This document shows positions 1 through 13,600 of a stretch of DNA of 64,000 bases, piece after piece. The stretch spans positions 15,624,001 through 15,688,000 of the forward strand of contig NC_092674.1 of the NCBI RefSeq assembly GCF_964355755.1. Direction: 5' to 3'. The notes below the pieces were generated by a model that saw only the letters and a list, made by a program, of their open reading frames with translations, ran no database searches and was not told where the DNA came from. Position 1 is the first letter of the stretch. The number at the start of each line of letters is the position of its first letter. The DNA comes from Antedon mediterranea (taxonomy: Eukaryota > Animalia > Echinodermata). The translations under genes and the position numbers were made by a program.

Positions 1-43
1 AGGCTCAGTTATAAATGTACTAAATCAGAATATTTTTTCTTAG

Positions 44-3000
44 TTTTGTTTACCTCATACGAGGGGTAGCTCACATGGACACACCAGAGTAACTCGCTAT
101 GCATATTACGAAGATCAATATATGAAGATGATGCCAGAGAATTATAGACGTTGGAAAATACTAGAACACGAAGTGGGAAAAGAATTATATATGTGAGTTT
201 TTATTATGAACAGTATACTAATGAATGTTTATAATGAAGTTATTATTGGCATTCATTAGAAAATTCTGGACTGGTATAATGTTTTGTTAGACGAGTTATC
301 AACGAATGAAAATATATTTAATTTTAATACGTGTAAGTCTCACGCTAATTATCTATTTTATTACGATTATTAGAAAACGTGGCATGCTTCAAATAGAAAA
401 TAAAGATGGAGTGGAATTTCAGCAAACTCGCAATCTAATGAAAGTAAATAATTTACCGTTTCATGATATGACCCCGTTTGAGGTTTGTAAGAAGTGGCCA
501 TCTATAAATTTCAGCACCGAATTTAACATATTCATGGATGAAGATGCTGGAGTTTTAAGGGCTGATCGGTGTCTTACTGCTTTTCAAGTAAGTGCTCATT
601 CGTTTGTTCAATACAGGTAGCCCTGGTCATACAAGTTTTTACGTTCACTAATATGTGGCAAAACATAAGTAATAATAAAATAAATAAATATAAGTTCGTT
701 TTTTGTCTTTAAAAATGTAATAGGACCATGCTGAATGACAGGACTTATGAATTAACATAATTACTTGGTAAACGTATTTGTATTGTCACAGAAAATATTT
801 GAAAAACTTGGTGGTGTCATAAAAGAAAATGAGCAGGTGATAACGATTCTTCCGGGAAAAGAAGTGACAGTTGTAACTTCACATAACAGGTACAAAGCAA
901 AGAGCATTGTTATTACACCAGGTGCTTGGGCTTCTAAAGTTCTTCGACCTCTTGGAATTGATATTCCTCTTAAGGTAATTTGCATGTTTCAGTTTGGTTG
1001 CCTCCGCATTACAAATTTATGTTTTCACATGTTATGTATTTAATCTGTGTGCCCCCAAAGAATACTAGAGGTGTTGAATCCACAATAACCTCATTCATGC
1101 ATACATATATATCTAGAGATTATTTACTGAATAGCCATCTTTAAATTACAGGAGTGAATTTAACATAGGCCTATTCATGGAGGAAGATTAATAATAATTA
1201 AGAGTAGTTTTCTATAAATATCGACCTTTAGGTGGCCAAGTAAAAAAAAAGATTTTCTTTAAAATGTGTACAATGAAAGAGGTTTGGTTGAAACATGCAC
1301 AGATAAAATTATTTTTGATATCTGTATCTTGTTGCTATTGTAACGGCCATTGTTAAAAACTACAGCTTTTTCTTGTAATTTTTGCTATTATTTCACTGTC
1401 AAATAAGGTAAACGTTGATTTTAATAACTCTTTCACGGATTGTTGAAATTTAATTTAATTTTTAAGAAAAGTTGATGAAAGACTTATGAACAAACTGAAA
1501 TCAAAAAATTGTTGGTCGGGCATGGATACCATTTATTTTCAATAGGGGTGTTTTTACTTGTGGTAAAAAATCCAATTTTGACCAAAGTTTGGAGCTTCAC
1601 ACTTGAATCTTGATTATATATATTCTATGGACCTTGTGTAAATGGATAAAAGGCAAACAATCATTTAATAGTTATCCACTTTGACCAAAACTTGGATTAA
1701 AAAAAAATTTATTTTGTCATTTTTATTTTTTTTTCAATTGATTAACTTGATTAAAGCTACTATTCAAAGTCTGATGTAATTAATCTTTATGTCCTTTTCT
1801 TACGTCATTAATTATCTAATTACAATCAACTAACATCAGAATAAAGAGACATTGCTTTATACATTGATACCAAAAATTATGAGCAAGGAAAACAGATACA
1901 GATATTTGTGTTCCCTACCTAAAAACTGTTCAAAATGTGGAACTGATTGGTATAATTAGAAATGCGTTAAAATCCCACCGTAGGTATGAGAATATTTAAT
2001 GTTAACATCGATATTTGTGTTCACTGGATATAGGTAGGCATACATAAAGACCCTAAGATTTACGTAGTTTAGACCGCTCATATCCCATGTACTGTATTTT
2101 GTTGCTTGTAACCCATTTTCCCCTTTCACTACTTCAATGGTCAAACTTGTGGCCTTGTCAAGAACTTAATCACAAGATGTTATGGTGTCTCCTGATTTTG
2201 TTATTCTTCCTTTTGCCAACAAAATAGACCACTTTCATTAGTCTAGTGTGCAAGGCTATCAAGCAACTTCATATTACGTTTTATAATTTACAGTCACTTT
2301 CTTTTTTATGCAAAAATTAAAGAATACTAAAATCAAACATTGAAAAGAAATTTTGTAGTTTTAATCAGGTTTAAAAAAAAATTAATGATTTAGCTTATAA
2401 AAAATAAGAAACAGTAAACAGTCCATACAAACCCATTGAATTTCAGACAATGAGCTTCAAGTTTATTACACTTGTTATATTATGATTTTATTAAGTTAAA
2501 TAATTTTTCGTTTCTATCAATTTTTTTTTGTCAAAGTGAATAACTATTGTGACATTAAAATGGCTTACTCAATAATAAAAAAAAAGTGTGGGGGTCAAGA
2601 CTTAGTGGTTAAAGAGATAATTAGGGACAAATTTTTCAAATGGCAGTCATTTTGATTTTATGGAAAATAGATAATTACTAATAAACAACCCATGGTAGAT
2701 TTTAGATACTAGTATCTATATAGGTCTATATTTTAGTATGTTTTAACAGCAACAAAAAATCATTTTGGACTGCAAAAGCTATACCACCTATTTCTATATT
2801 ACAAATAACATGAGAAAATAGGTGCCATATCTAAATAAGGGCAAACTTCACATGCCAAAATGGTAACATTTGCGTTTTTTTGGGGAAAATCACAAACCTG
2901 TTAACAACCATTTCCCCCCTGAAATATTTCAGGGGTGATTAATTACCAAAGTATGAAGAAATTCCATTTTTTTGGCATTAGGACACTTTTTAATGAAATA

Positions 3001-4229
3001 GGTTGATATTTGTAGTCAACCGCTCTTAAATAACGGGAACTTTACTTGCAGGTCTTACGTGTCAATGTTTTTTTTTGGCGCTGGAAAGAATGTTATGAAC
3101 CAAATGACATGCCTACTTTTGTCGATACATCTAATGGATACCACATATATGGTTTACCAAGCATAGAATACCCAGGGCTAATGAAGGTAATTATCCAACA
3201 TCGTAGCGATCATATTCTTTGTATTTTTTTTATCAGAAAAGTTTTATATATTTCATATCGTTTACCAACGCAATTCTAACAAAACGATTAAAAGCGGGCA
3301 AGATCAGCCTGTTCATGAATTGAATATGGTTTTGGTCCAAACGTATTCATATTTCCACTAATTAGTCATGAATACAGGAGAAAAAAATCAGTATTTTTAT
3401 ATTCGCCATAATGGAAACAGGCCTTAAAATGACCTAAATTTTTTTTATTATAAATAGGTTTTTAATTCCATTGGGATGAATCAAATCTAAAATACTCAAT
3501 TGTGTTATATTAAACTGGCCTTAATTTGATATTATTTAAATTGTCTCAATCAAATCTTTCATTATATAATTTGTGTATATAATTAGATATGCCTTCATGG
3601 TGGAGTTGAGGTTGATCCAGACTCACGTGATATATGTTATGATGATTGCCCAAAAGATGATGTTAATATATTAAAGAGATATGTAAAGGACCACTTTCCA
3701 GGACTTGAATCTACACCATCGATTGTAGAAACCTGCATGTACACGGTAAAAGCCAAATTAAACAAACTACGGTTACTATAAATATGATATAAACATTATA
3801 ATTACACATTTGTACCTATTAATTGTTACTTGTATGCATATTGTCACACTATTAATAGCTGTATTAATAATTTTAGAATACGAACAACTGTGATCCCATC
3901 CTCGATGTTCATCCACATTATCCAAACATTGTCATTGGCTGTGGGTTTTCAGGTAAGACATAATTTATTTCAAATTATAGGGTTGTCAGTGGCGACATGT
4001 GTCTTATATGACTTATAACCTTTATCAAAACGGTATAATAATGGCGGTAGACCTTTCTACATCATCAAACATAATCTAAAAATAAGTATGTTTGTTTACA
4101 GGTCATGGCTTTAAACTAGCTCCTGCTGTTGGATTACTTCTTAGTCAACTTGCTTTAAGAAAAACACCCGTATTTGATATATCACATAATACATTATCAT
4201 TTGTTTTACAAACTAAATCTCAACTGTAA
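44..4229 (+). CDS. PIPOX: Peroxisomal sarcosine oxidase / L-pipecolate oxidase, 5'-partial. Exons 44-192, 374-587, 792-974, 3052-3186, 3587-3745, 3877-3952, 4102-4229
   Basis: GT-AG-bounded exons join in frame. Motifs: [36 protein letters not shown] (flavinylation Cys region), [18 protein letters not shown]-terminus -SQL* is PTS1-like, and AATAAA follows at about 4292. Confidence 0.93.
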
Positions 4230-5066
4230 AGATTATGTAAATTCTAAAGATATAAACATGTAAATGAAATTATCAGTGACTTTTTAAGAATAATAAAAAA
4301 ACCAAACAAAATGTCAATATTTGTGTCATAAGACATTTTACAAATGGTCACTATATTGTACCTTTATTATTTACAGAAGTCATTTAGTAATCTTTATAAT
4401 ATAGATTAATAGTATAGGTCTCATTGGAGTAATTTAATTTCTCTAATAGTTTTCCTTGAAACTGCAGTGTGTGTTTCTTATCTTTGTTCCATGTTTTCAT
4501 TCATCATTTCTCTTATCATTTCCATACGTGAAATTATAGTTGATAATAGCCTAAATCAATAACTAAAACTATAGTAATAATATTACATAATAGTACAATT
4601 TAACTTTTCCATTTTCGCAAGCAATTTTAATGAATAGTTTAATAAGCTCAATATCTCAAAATGCGGATTAATGTGGATTCATTTGAGTAAATAGTGAATT
4701 GTATGTGTAAATAATATATCTATTAGATTTATTACAGTAATACTTTCTGAAACGAAATATTTTCCTGATTTATACCAATAAATAATTTCATCGTTAATTA
4801 TATTATACGTCTGTACGTTTTTTCTTTTGTCTATACATGCAGCAGCGGTGATCGGACGACAACGTGCTATGGTTGTAGACTTTGAGTTTCTTGCTGTTAC
4901 AGATTAATAAGTTACTTCCATATTTAAATTACTATTTATTGAATATAGTTCATATATTATTGACAAGATAAAACACAGGTCTATAACATCCAAGTACCCC
5001 AACAGACCAATCATTTACACATTATAAACAGTGTTTTCTCATTCGCTGAACCCTGTTTAACAATGA

Positions 5067-5380
5067 CTAGCAGTAACCCGTGCTCTGCACGGTCTTTTTC
5101 TGTCTTAATATGTTGTTATATACTTTACATGCGCAACAGCGCAGTTTTGAAAGTCCTCACTCGCTTTGATGTTACGCTAGGCCTAGGCAGCCAAGCACCA
5201 AGCAACACGTACCTACGCTTCGCTCAAATTTACCGCAGTCATATTTTGGACGGCGACCTCAGTATTTCGTTGCCATGCAAAACAGATTTTTACTGGCTTA
5301 CGAAATACGAATACGTGTGCGTGACGTATCCGTTTTCGTTATCGTATTCGTAAGATTGCAAAAACTCCCTATTATGTAGA
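5067..5380 (-). mobile_element. Non-autonomous Helitron
   Basis: The minus strand reads A|TCTACATAAT...CCGTGC-AGA-GCACGG hairpin...CTAG|T. This gives a 5'-TC, a 3' hairpin plus CTAG, an A/T insertion site and no TSD. Confidence 0.7.
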
Positions 5381-5771
5381 TGTATGCGCCATATTTGGAC
5401 ATTGGTTGATGTATTTATTTTATGGTACAATATTTATGCTGAAATCAATATTAGTGAATTTGTGAAAAACTAGAGAAAGGGTATGCTCTAATATGCTGGG
5501 GAATAATGGAAGTTCTTATTTTCTAAATATTGTACCAAATATTAATACGGACCAGTGCATGATATTTTAAACGTGAAAGAGGCCTCTAGCGTGAGGGACT
5601 TAGTAAGGTAGGTATTACTCATACACTCATTCCTTCCTTGCAAATTTGTTTTTACCCGCCAATGTATGTAAATGAGTTGAATTGCGCACATACGTGGACG
5701 ACACATACTACAACTTTCTTCTCCCTTTTTTCTCTCCTTCGTGTCGAGTGCTGCTACAACAACAGGTGCGG

Positions 5772-5870
5772 TATCCCGGGATAGCCTCCCACTCTTCCGA
5801 AACACGTACTAAGTTCTTTAACGTGCACACGAAACGAGTCAGATGTGTACACCAGATCTCCAGTTTTAAA
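5772..5870 (-). mobile_element. Degenerate Deu/Nin-type SINE core fragment
   Basis: Clear similarity to the SINE core at 12805-12895 (gtactaagttctttaacgtgcacacga...agatgtgtacac). Confidence 0.6.
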
Positions 5871-7669
5871 ATCTTTTTGGGTTGCTGGATGATCAAGTAG
5901 TCTATGGATAATAGGTGAGCAAATAAACGTTTTACCAAAGTAGGAACTTTAAAATAAGGGAGGAGTGATATTTTAATGTTTCCAGGAGATATAACGTTAA
6001 AAATGACACTAGAACTGAGAATTATATAATCTATAATTACAAATATTTTTTTTTTCATCACAACATTTTTAATTGTTCTAACCAATAGGTGTATAATCAG
6101 GTCATCATTTTTTTTTATTAATCACAATTTGCTTTAAAAAATGTATAAATCCAAAGGCAAATTACTGAAAATAATGACAATGCTGTGGGTATCAGTGGAT
6201 GGATCTCAATGGAGATACAAAATAAAATGTTAAATCAAAACTAAATGTAAAACAGCCAGAAAAAAAGTAGTAGAGCTTTCGGGTAACACTAGCCCTTCTT
6301 TTTGTATATACAGTATATATAAATGACTGTTTCTGACAAAAATCTTTTAGGTTTTTAAATTAAACCGGTTAGTTGTTTTTGCTGGACAGAGTAGTCTTTT
6401 AATAAATGGAATTTCCCAAAAGTATGAAATCGGTTAAAGGTGTGCAGCCAGACCAAAACTAACGCTTGTCGACAGGAAGGAATTTCTGTAAATAATGCGT
6501 CTCAATGTGTAAAACCTATATCTTGTCTTGTATTTATTTTCCGCTAATACGACAGCAAATCTAATTTAGATTTCAAAAGTCTATTTATTTCTAAGAAATT
6601 CAGAATATTAATCAATGAAAAATGACAATTTTATGAAACCCTATTTTTCGTCTGTGATGATAAAACGAAGTTCTATTTATGTAGGCCTAATTGTGCCTAT
6701 TTCTAACTCAATTTGTACATCTTTCATTATGGGAAGACCCCTTAGTGTGTGGTATTTTTAGAAAGCTCGTGAATTAATCTTTCCAACAATAAAGGTTGCA
6801 AAGTGCGAAACGACGTCCTGACGCTACACACTTAGGTTAGGGAACAGGAACCTAGCCTAGGCCAAAATTGTTTCTACAGTTTTGTATCAGTTAGTATCTG
6901 TGAATCGTAACTATTTCACAGTAAAAATTTCAAAAAGTATATAAGCGCAAATGTTTTAATTTATTTGTGGTAATGTATATTGTTATAAACATAAACAAAT
7001 CTATGGTGTACTGTCAATGACCATGCCTTTTAGCAAATATTCACGAGGCATGTACTGAATCGTTTTATATTCACAAATATTATGCTGAATTAGATTTTTA
7101 GTTAGTTAATACAAATGTTTGCTGAATGGTTTTATTTAGCCTAAATAATATCTGTACCTTATTACCCTTTGTGTTTGGTACAGTACATTGTTAAAAAACA
7201 CGAAATACAAAATAATCATTTATAAACTTTATTATTGCAGTTGGGAAATATATTTTTGTAATAAAGTATGCTACTTTTACGTCAATTTCAATTGACCATG
7301 ACAATCAATAATAGTAATCGTAGGCCTATCACTCCAAAAGATGAAGATACTTGTTCAAATCTCCTTTCATTTTGTTAATAATCAAATTTAAAAAAAAACA
7401 AATTAAATGTGTTGTTTAAACTAAACATTTTCCATTTATAATTTTTGCTATAATACGTGCTGGTTGCTTAATAAACAAAACGCAAAACATTACATTATTC
7501 ATCTTTCAGTTCGATTGATTTATAAAAAAAATTCTTTGGTTGATGGGTAAAAAAAAAGGTTGACAATAAATGCCTATCGGCAATTCGTATGTTCGCCTAC
7601 CAATTATGTTTCAAAAGTAAATATAGTATGCATAGTTGTACTGTAATTCTTCTGTTTTTTAATGGTTGC

Positions 7670-10600
7670 TTACCAAATACCTGTAGAATAAAGAAACATA
7701 CAGTGTAAATCCTTTCATACTGACACAACATTGTATTTATTAATTCGGTATCTAAAACTGTCAAACGGAACTCAAAATAAATGAAATCGTGGAGGGTTTA
7801 CCGTACATCACATTGACAATTATTCACCATTTTGTATGCAATAGCGTAGGACGTCTAAATTCCTCACATTTACCCATTTGGAATTTGTTTTTATGCGTGT
7901 TTATTATGAATATCAATAAATCTGTGACGTCGTAAAAGCTTCATCAAATATCGAGTTATCGTATCTTCAATATGGGCATGAATATTAAACACACCCTCTG
8001 TCGCTCTCTACACGTGCAATTTATTATATATATTATATGACAGTGACAGTGACAATGACAATGACAATATTAATGATAATATTAATGATAATAATGTTAC
8101 GTGTAGTATTATTCAAATTTAATAATACTGCAATTCATTTTGATTTTGAGTAATTTAATGTGTAATCATTATTTCAAATATAAATAAACATGCAAATTAA
8201 TTTACCTTAACTTAACTTAATTAATAACATATCGACAATTTTGAAGTAAATTACAAAGCTGTATAGACCAGAGTTATGATTATTGTTCCACACTGAAGGT
8301 CCCTAACTCTTGGCTGATGAGTAAGATCACTTGTATTTTTAAGAAGGAGAATGTCAGTGAAGCCAAGAATTACAGAGGGATATCGATAGGCTCAAATCTA
8401 AGCAGAATTCTATCCAAGATTATTACATGGAGATTGAAAGGGGCGTATGAAAGTCATTTAAGTGAGAGTCAGTTTGGATTCCGCAGCAATAGATCAACTG
8501 CTGATGCTATTTTTATAACCAGAGCTGTTATCGAGAAACATCAAGGTACAATCATTACTACCTATATTGTTCTCACTGCTGCATATGATCACATACCAAG
8601 ACACCTACTCTTTAAAGTTCTACTTCTCAGGACAAAAGCTACACATATCGTTTCAATTCTAAAAGCTATGTATGATGGAACAACAGCATGCATCAACGGG
8701 ATGAAATCTTTCTTTGAAGTGAGAGTCGGATGCAGACAAGGTGGTTAGGAATCCCCTTGCCTTTTTAATTTGTATTTTTGATTGTCCTCAAAATTTCTGC
8801 ATTTCAAATCGATAAGGAATTTCCCGATGGATGGGGTATTGGATTTCGTTAAAATATTCCAAATGAATGTACAATCAGAGAACAGAGAAAAGAAGCTAAT
8901 CAGAATGGAGTGGAAATAATCAAGTGGATCTTATATGCAGATGATCTTGTTTTATTCTCAAAAAATTTTAAAGAATCACAGCAAATGTTAACCATTATTT
9001 GTGATACTTGCAGAAGATACGGGCTGAATGTTTCCCTGAAGAAAACGAAGACTCAGGTGTTTGGTGAACAACATCTAGCAGAGAAAAGTTCCTTAGTGAA
9101 CATAAATGGAGTGGATATTGAAAATGTAAGAGACTTTGTTTATTTGGGGCATACAATCACAAATAGAGAGGATGGCTGCTTCACTGACCATAGAACATCA
9201 AGTGCTGTAGGAAAGTTACATGAATTAAAAGAAGTTTTAAAAGATCATGATGTCTATATGAAGACAAGAAAGAAAGTTTTAGAGGCCTGCAAAAGATCCA
9301 GGCTCTTATATGGTACACAAGCATGGTTTCCAAATGAGAATAAAATAAAGAAAGCTGGAATCGTGTTGGCATAAATTATATTGAGACAGATGGTCAAGAG
9401 AGGGTTTGACAGGGCAAAGAAAGAGGCTGACCAACCAGATGAGGATATCTACAGACTTGTATATTCCAACAAAAGGATATGTAAAATTGTTGGAACATCT
9501 TCCTTGAGGGACTGCATATACAGTCAGTATATCCGATACGTTGGTCAAATCTGTAGAGGACCGAATACATCAATTACAAAAAAGATGCTGTTTGCTGTTC
9601 CAACAACAAGACAGTATTATCGTGATCCGTGGATTAAAATCTCTCGTATTTTAAGTATGAAAATCAGGCAAGCCAAAGCCATTACACAATCGACGAAAAT
9701 TCTTAACGAACACCTTAGTAGGCTATTTGGTGCTGAATAGGTTTTCGACTCCAGAGTTCTACGACGTAGAAGAGGAGGATCCCATATGTATGTATGTATG
9801 TTCGTGGGTCATGATGTAGGACCTCAACGTTGTTTTTTCCTACCTGCGTAAACTTCAACTTCACAAATAGTGAGAATCTTTGTTCCTGGGAGATATACAG
9901 TTATGTACTTTCCTGTGATTGGTTTGTTACATACAATTTCGATGGGATTTGACTCAATCATAGTTGATGTTACAGTACTGCCGCATGGAACATTATCAGT
10001 AAAAGGGGACTTGCTTGTATTGCCAACACGAACTTGAGCATCAATTAACCTGTCAGCTGGTTAGAAAAAGTATATAAAGGTATAATTAGAATTTTGCTTA
10101 TTATTTTCAAATAAATAAAACATTTACTACTATTCATGCTAACCACAAAGTACCCGTTATAACTAAAGATCTTATCATAAGTTATAAAGTGATTAAAAAA
10201 TCAAATACAGTGCCATTTCCTTTTCCAACTTGATAATACAGTAACCGTAGAGATCACTTTCGAATTAAATGATAAAGCAAGAAGTGATGACGTAAGTTAG
10301 GACAGTTCCCTTTATGTCTAGGGTTTGATTATTGTTTTTAACCTAAAGAGTTATCTTTAGCAATACCATTACTTCAAACGTGTACTTCTATTTTATAAAA
10401 CCCACAGAACTGTGCCTTACCATATTATAGTGAACTATACAATTTCCATGGTCTTACTTACCACAACAGTCTTGTCTGTTATATAAAACAATCTTTGAAA
10501 TAGGTTTCGGAGTTCCTAAATCGGCATACCACCAAGGATTTTTGTCACTTTCACCAGCTTTTGAAAAATCCATCAAAACAGATTTAGACATATTATTGTA

Positions 10601-13600
10601 GCATGGTTGAAGATCGATCGATCCGATTTTACAAAAATTCACATTCATTACAGCAGTATTTCATTCAAATAATATAAATAATAAAGAGGTCGTATACATA
10701 CATACCAGTGTGGGAACATGAATTTTGATTAAATATTGAATTTGTGTTTCCATCAATGGCCCTATTAGCGTCACCTCCTGCGCCACGTGTTGAACTTTGT
10801 TTCGCTCCTACAAAATGGGTCACTAATACACTCTCTAAAATATTTGAGTAAAAAAATAATGGTGCTTTGAGATAAAATTAAATCAAATCATTGTCCATTA
10901 TTTTATTTCTATAATTTTTTATTTTGTTTATTTTTCTATTTATTTGTTGTATTATTGTTTGCATTATTATTATATAGTTTAAATACTATATATAGAAATA
11001 AGGAAAATGCCTGCAAATGACTCGCATGCCTGCAAACGACTCGCATCCCGTTAAAACCACGTTTGTTTGACATGAATATGTTTCAAAATAATTCAGTAGC
11101 TGCTGAGTTTAATGATGTTTATGTACTAATGTTTATAAATGAGATTTAGAATATGAATTATATATTAAAAATATTCAGTATCGTTTTATGACAAATATTC
11201 CTACCATAAATTTCAACTTCACAGAGAGTAAGACATTTTTTTCCAGGAAGACGAACACTGATGTACTTTCCTTTGATTGGCTTGTTACATATAACTTCAA
11301 TGGGGTTTGAACCAATCATAGCTGATGTAAGAGTAGCTCCACATTGTGCATTTTCATTAAAGGGTGACTTGTTGTCATCTCCAACTCGAATTTCAGCACC
11401 AATTAACCTTTCACCTATTTTAAAGAAATTGTCATACATATTTTATAAAGAGTATTACATTTACTTTGTTTATTTTCAAAAGCACTACCGTAATCAGAAG
11501 ATCAACCGAAAAGCATTTCCGTGTGTAAAACTAGGGATCCTTAGTAAAACCTGAAAGAACGTTTCGCATTGTTTTTAGTATTAATTGATGTATACATTAA
11601 ATGTTATACTAGGCTTACATGTACAATTTCAATATTTCACATGACTTCAATTTATCACACTTCGACCTGATTTGTTATATTATAAAGTTTGCGGTGCACC
11701 ACGTTATATAGTAATTCTGTAAAGAACTGTTGAGTTTTTCAACGTTTCAATCAATATACTTCGATTGTCCTTAGGAGTGAGAATCACAAAATCATTCTCA
11801 CTCCTAAGGACGCTCGAAATATATTGATCGAAACGTGGTTTAACTTTATATCAACATATTGATTTTGCCATGCAAACCTTCAAACAATGAATTATATTAT
11901 TAAATTATTATATTATTTTTTACCACAAATGTATGTTTACTTATATTTTCTACTTTTTAGAACAGGATGTCTTACCACAACAGTCTTCTCTGTTATATAT
12001 CACAACTTTTGAAATAGGTTTCGATGAGTCTAACTGCGCATACCACCAAGGATTTTTTTCATCTCCACAAGCTGTTGAATAAAAGTGCATGATATACTTT
12101 TATAGACTATTATGTAAGATAGATTTGTTTGGAATTACAGTAGGCCTAAATATGTTCCGGAAACCAAAACAAATTAGTTTAATAGTAATAATAATAATAA
12201 CAGGATTTTTATAGCGCACATACCACTCAGGAGTGCTCAAGGCGCATTAAAAAAAAAAAAAAAATAAATCATACAAATGCCTGACAAATAAAATGCAATT
12301 TCTTTAGAGGGTCCCCATCCAAACAAAGGAGCAGGATACACATTTGCCTTGCCACAGATGACCGGGTGCTCAGAGACAACAACCAAGACAGAGGCACCCC
12401 AAAGATAATGCTGGTCAGGAAAAAGTATACTATAACATTCTAGAACTTTAAGAAACCTCATGATTTCCATATGCCTTAATGAATAAATGTGTTTTTAATA
12501 ATTTTTTAAAAGTATCAACAGTTTTGCAAAATCTGATAGAGCTCGGTAGAGCATTCCATAGACGAGGAGCAGTAACGGTGAAAGCTCTGTCTCCCCATGA
12601 GTGGTGAGACTTAGGTTGATGTAGAAGCAGCGTATCACTAGAACGCAGATTCCGTCTGGGAACATACAGCCTAAGCATGTCAGAAATATATTCAGGAGCC
12701 ATGCCATTATTGGAATTTATATTTATACTGGGTAACCTCTTCAGTCAAAGACTGGTCTCCCAGAGGGCCCAGTTGGTGATCAGTGGCTTTGATGTACTAA
12801 TACACCGGGGTAACCCCCTACTCGTCTCGAAAGATGTACTAGGTTCTTTAAAGTGCACACGAGCTAGATGTGTACACTGGACCTACGGTTTATAGTCCAT
12901 ATATCCGAGAAGGCTCGTTCTACCACCAGAACCATGGAGTGAGTGAGCCTCGAACCCCTGTCGATGTTATGGCTACGTAATTACGGTTCCACTGTCTTAA
13001 CCGCTCGGCCACTCACTCACTCTTGAATTAATAGACTTAAAAACATAGAGTAATATTTTAAAAACAATGCGGTACCTAACAGGAAGCCAATGCAAAGTTT
13101 CCCAAGGTATTTGATATGTGTGCATATCTTGGTAGTTTTTTAACAACTCGTGCCGCTGTATTTTGAATCAGCTGAAGCCTGTGGAGTTGTTTTTGTGGGA
13201 GACCAAATAACAAGGAGTTACACATATCGAGACGCGAACTAACAAATGCATGTACAAGTTGCTCAGCAGCTGCACGATTTAAGTATTTTCTGATGCCTCG
13301 AATATTTCTTAAATGATATGACGATGCAGACGTAATTTTAGAAATATGAGCCGTCATTGTCATATTAGAATCCAGAATTACACCAAGATTTCCAACTTGT
13401 GTAGTATTTTTAGTACAAAAGTTACCAATGGAAACCCTCCTAGATGGAATTTTCTCTAATTGTTGTTGCGAACCAAATAGAATGTACTCAGTCTTATCAT
13501 CATTAAGTTTTAAAAAGTTTTTGGCCATCCAGATACGAATTTCAGAGATACATTTTTCAAGCAAATCAATTGATAATTCACTCTGTGTCATGGTAGGTTT

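Noticed and set aside
975-3051. Possible transposon filling the long PIPOX intron
   Set aside because: The sequence looks repeat-derived, but I could not identify TIRs, a TSD or coding remnants.
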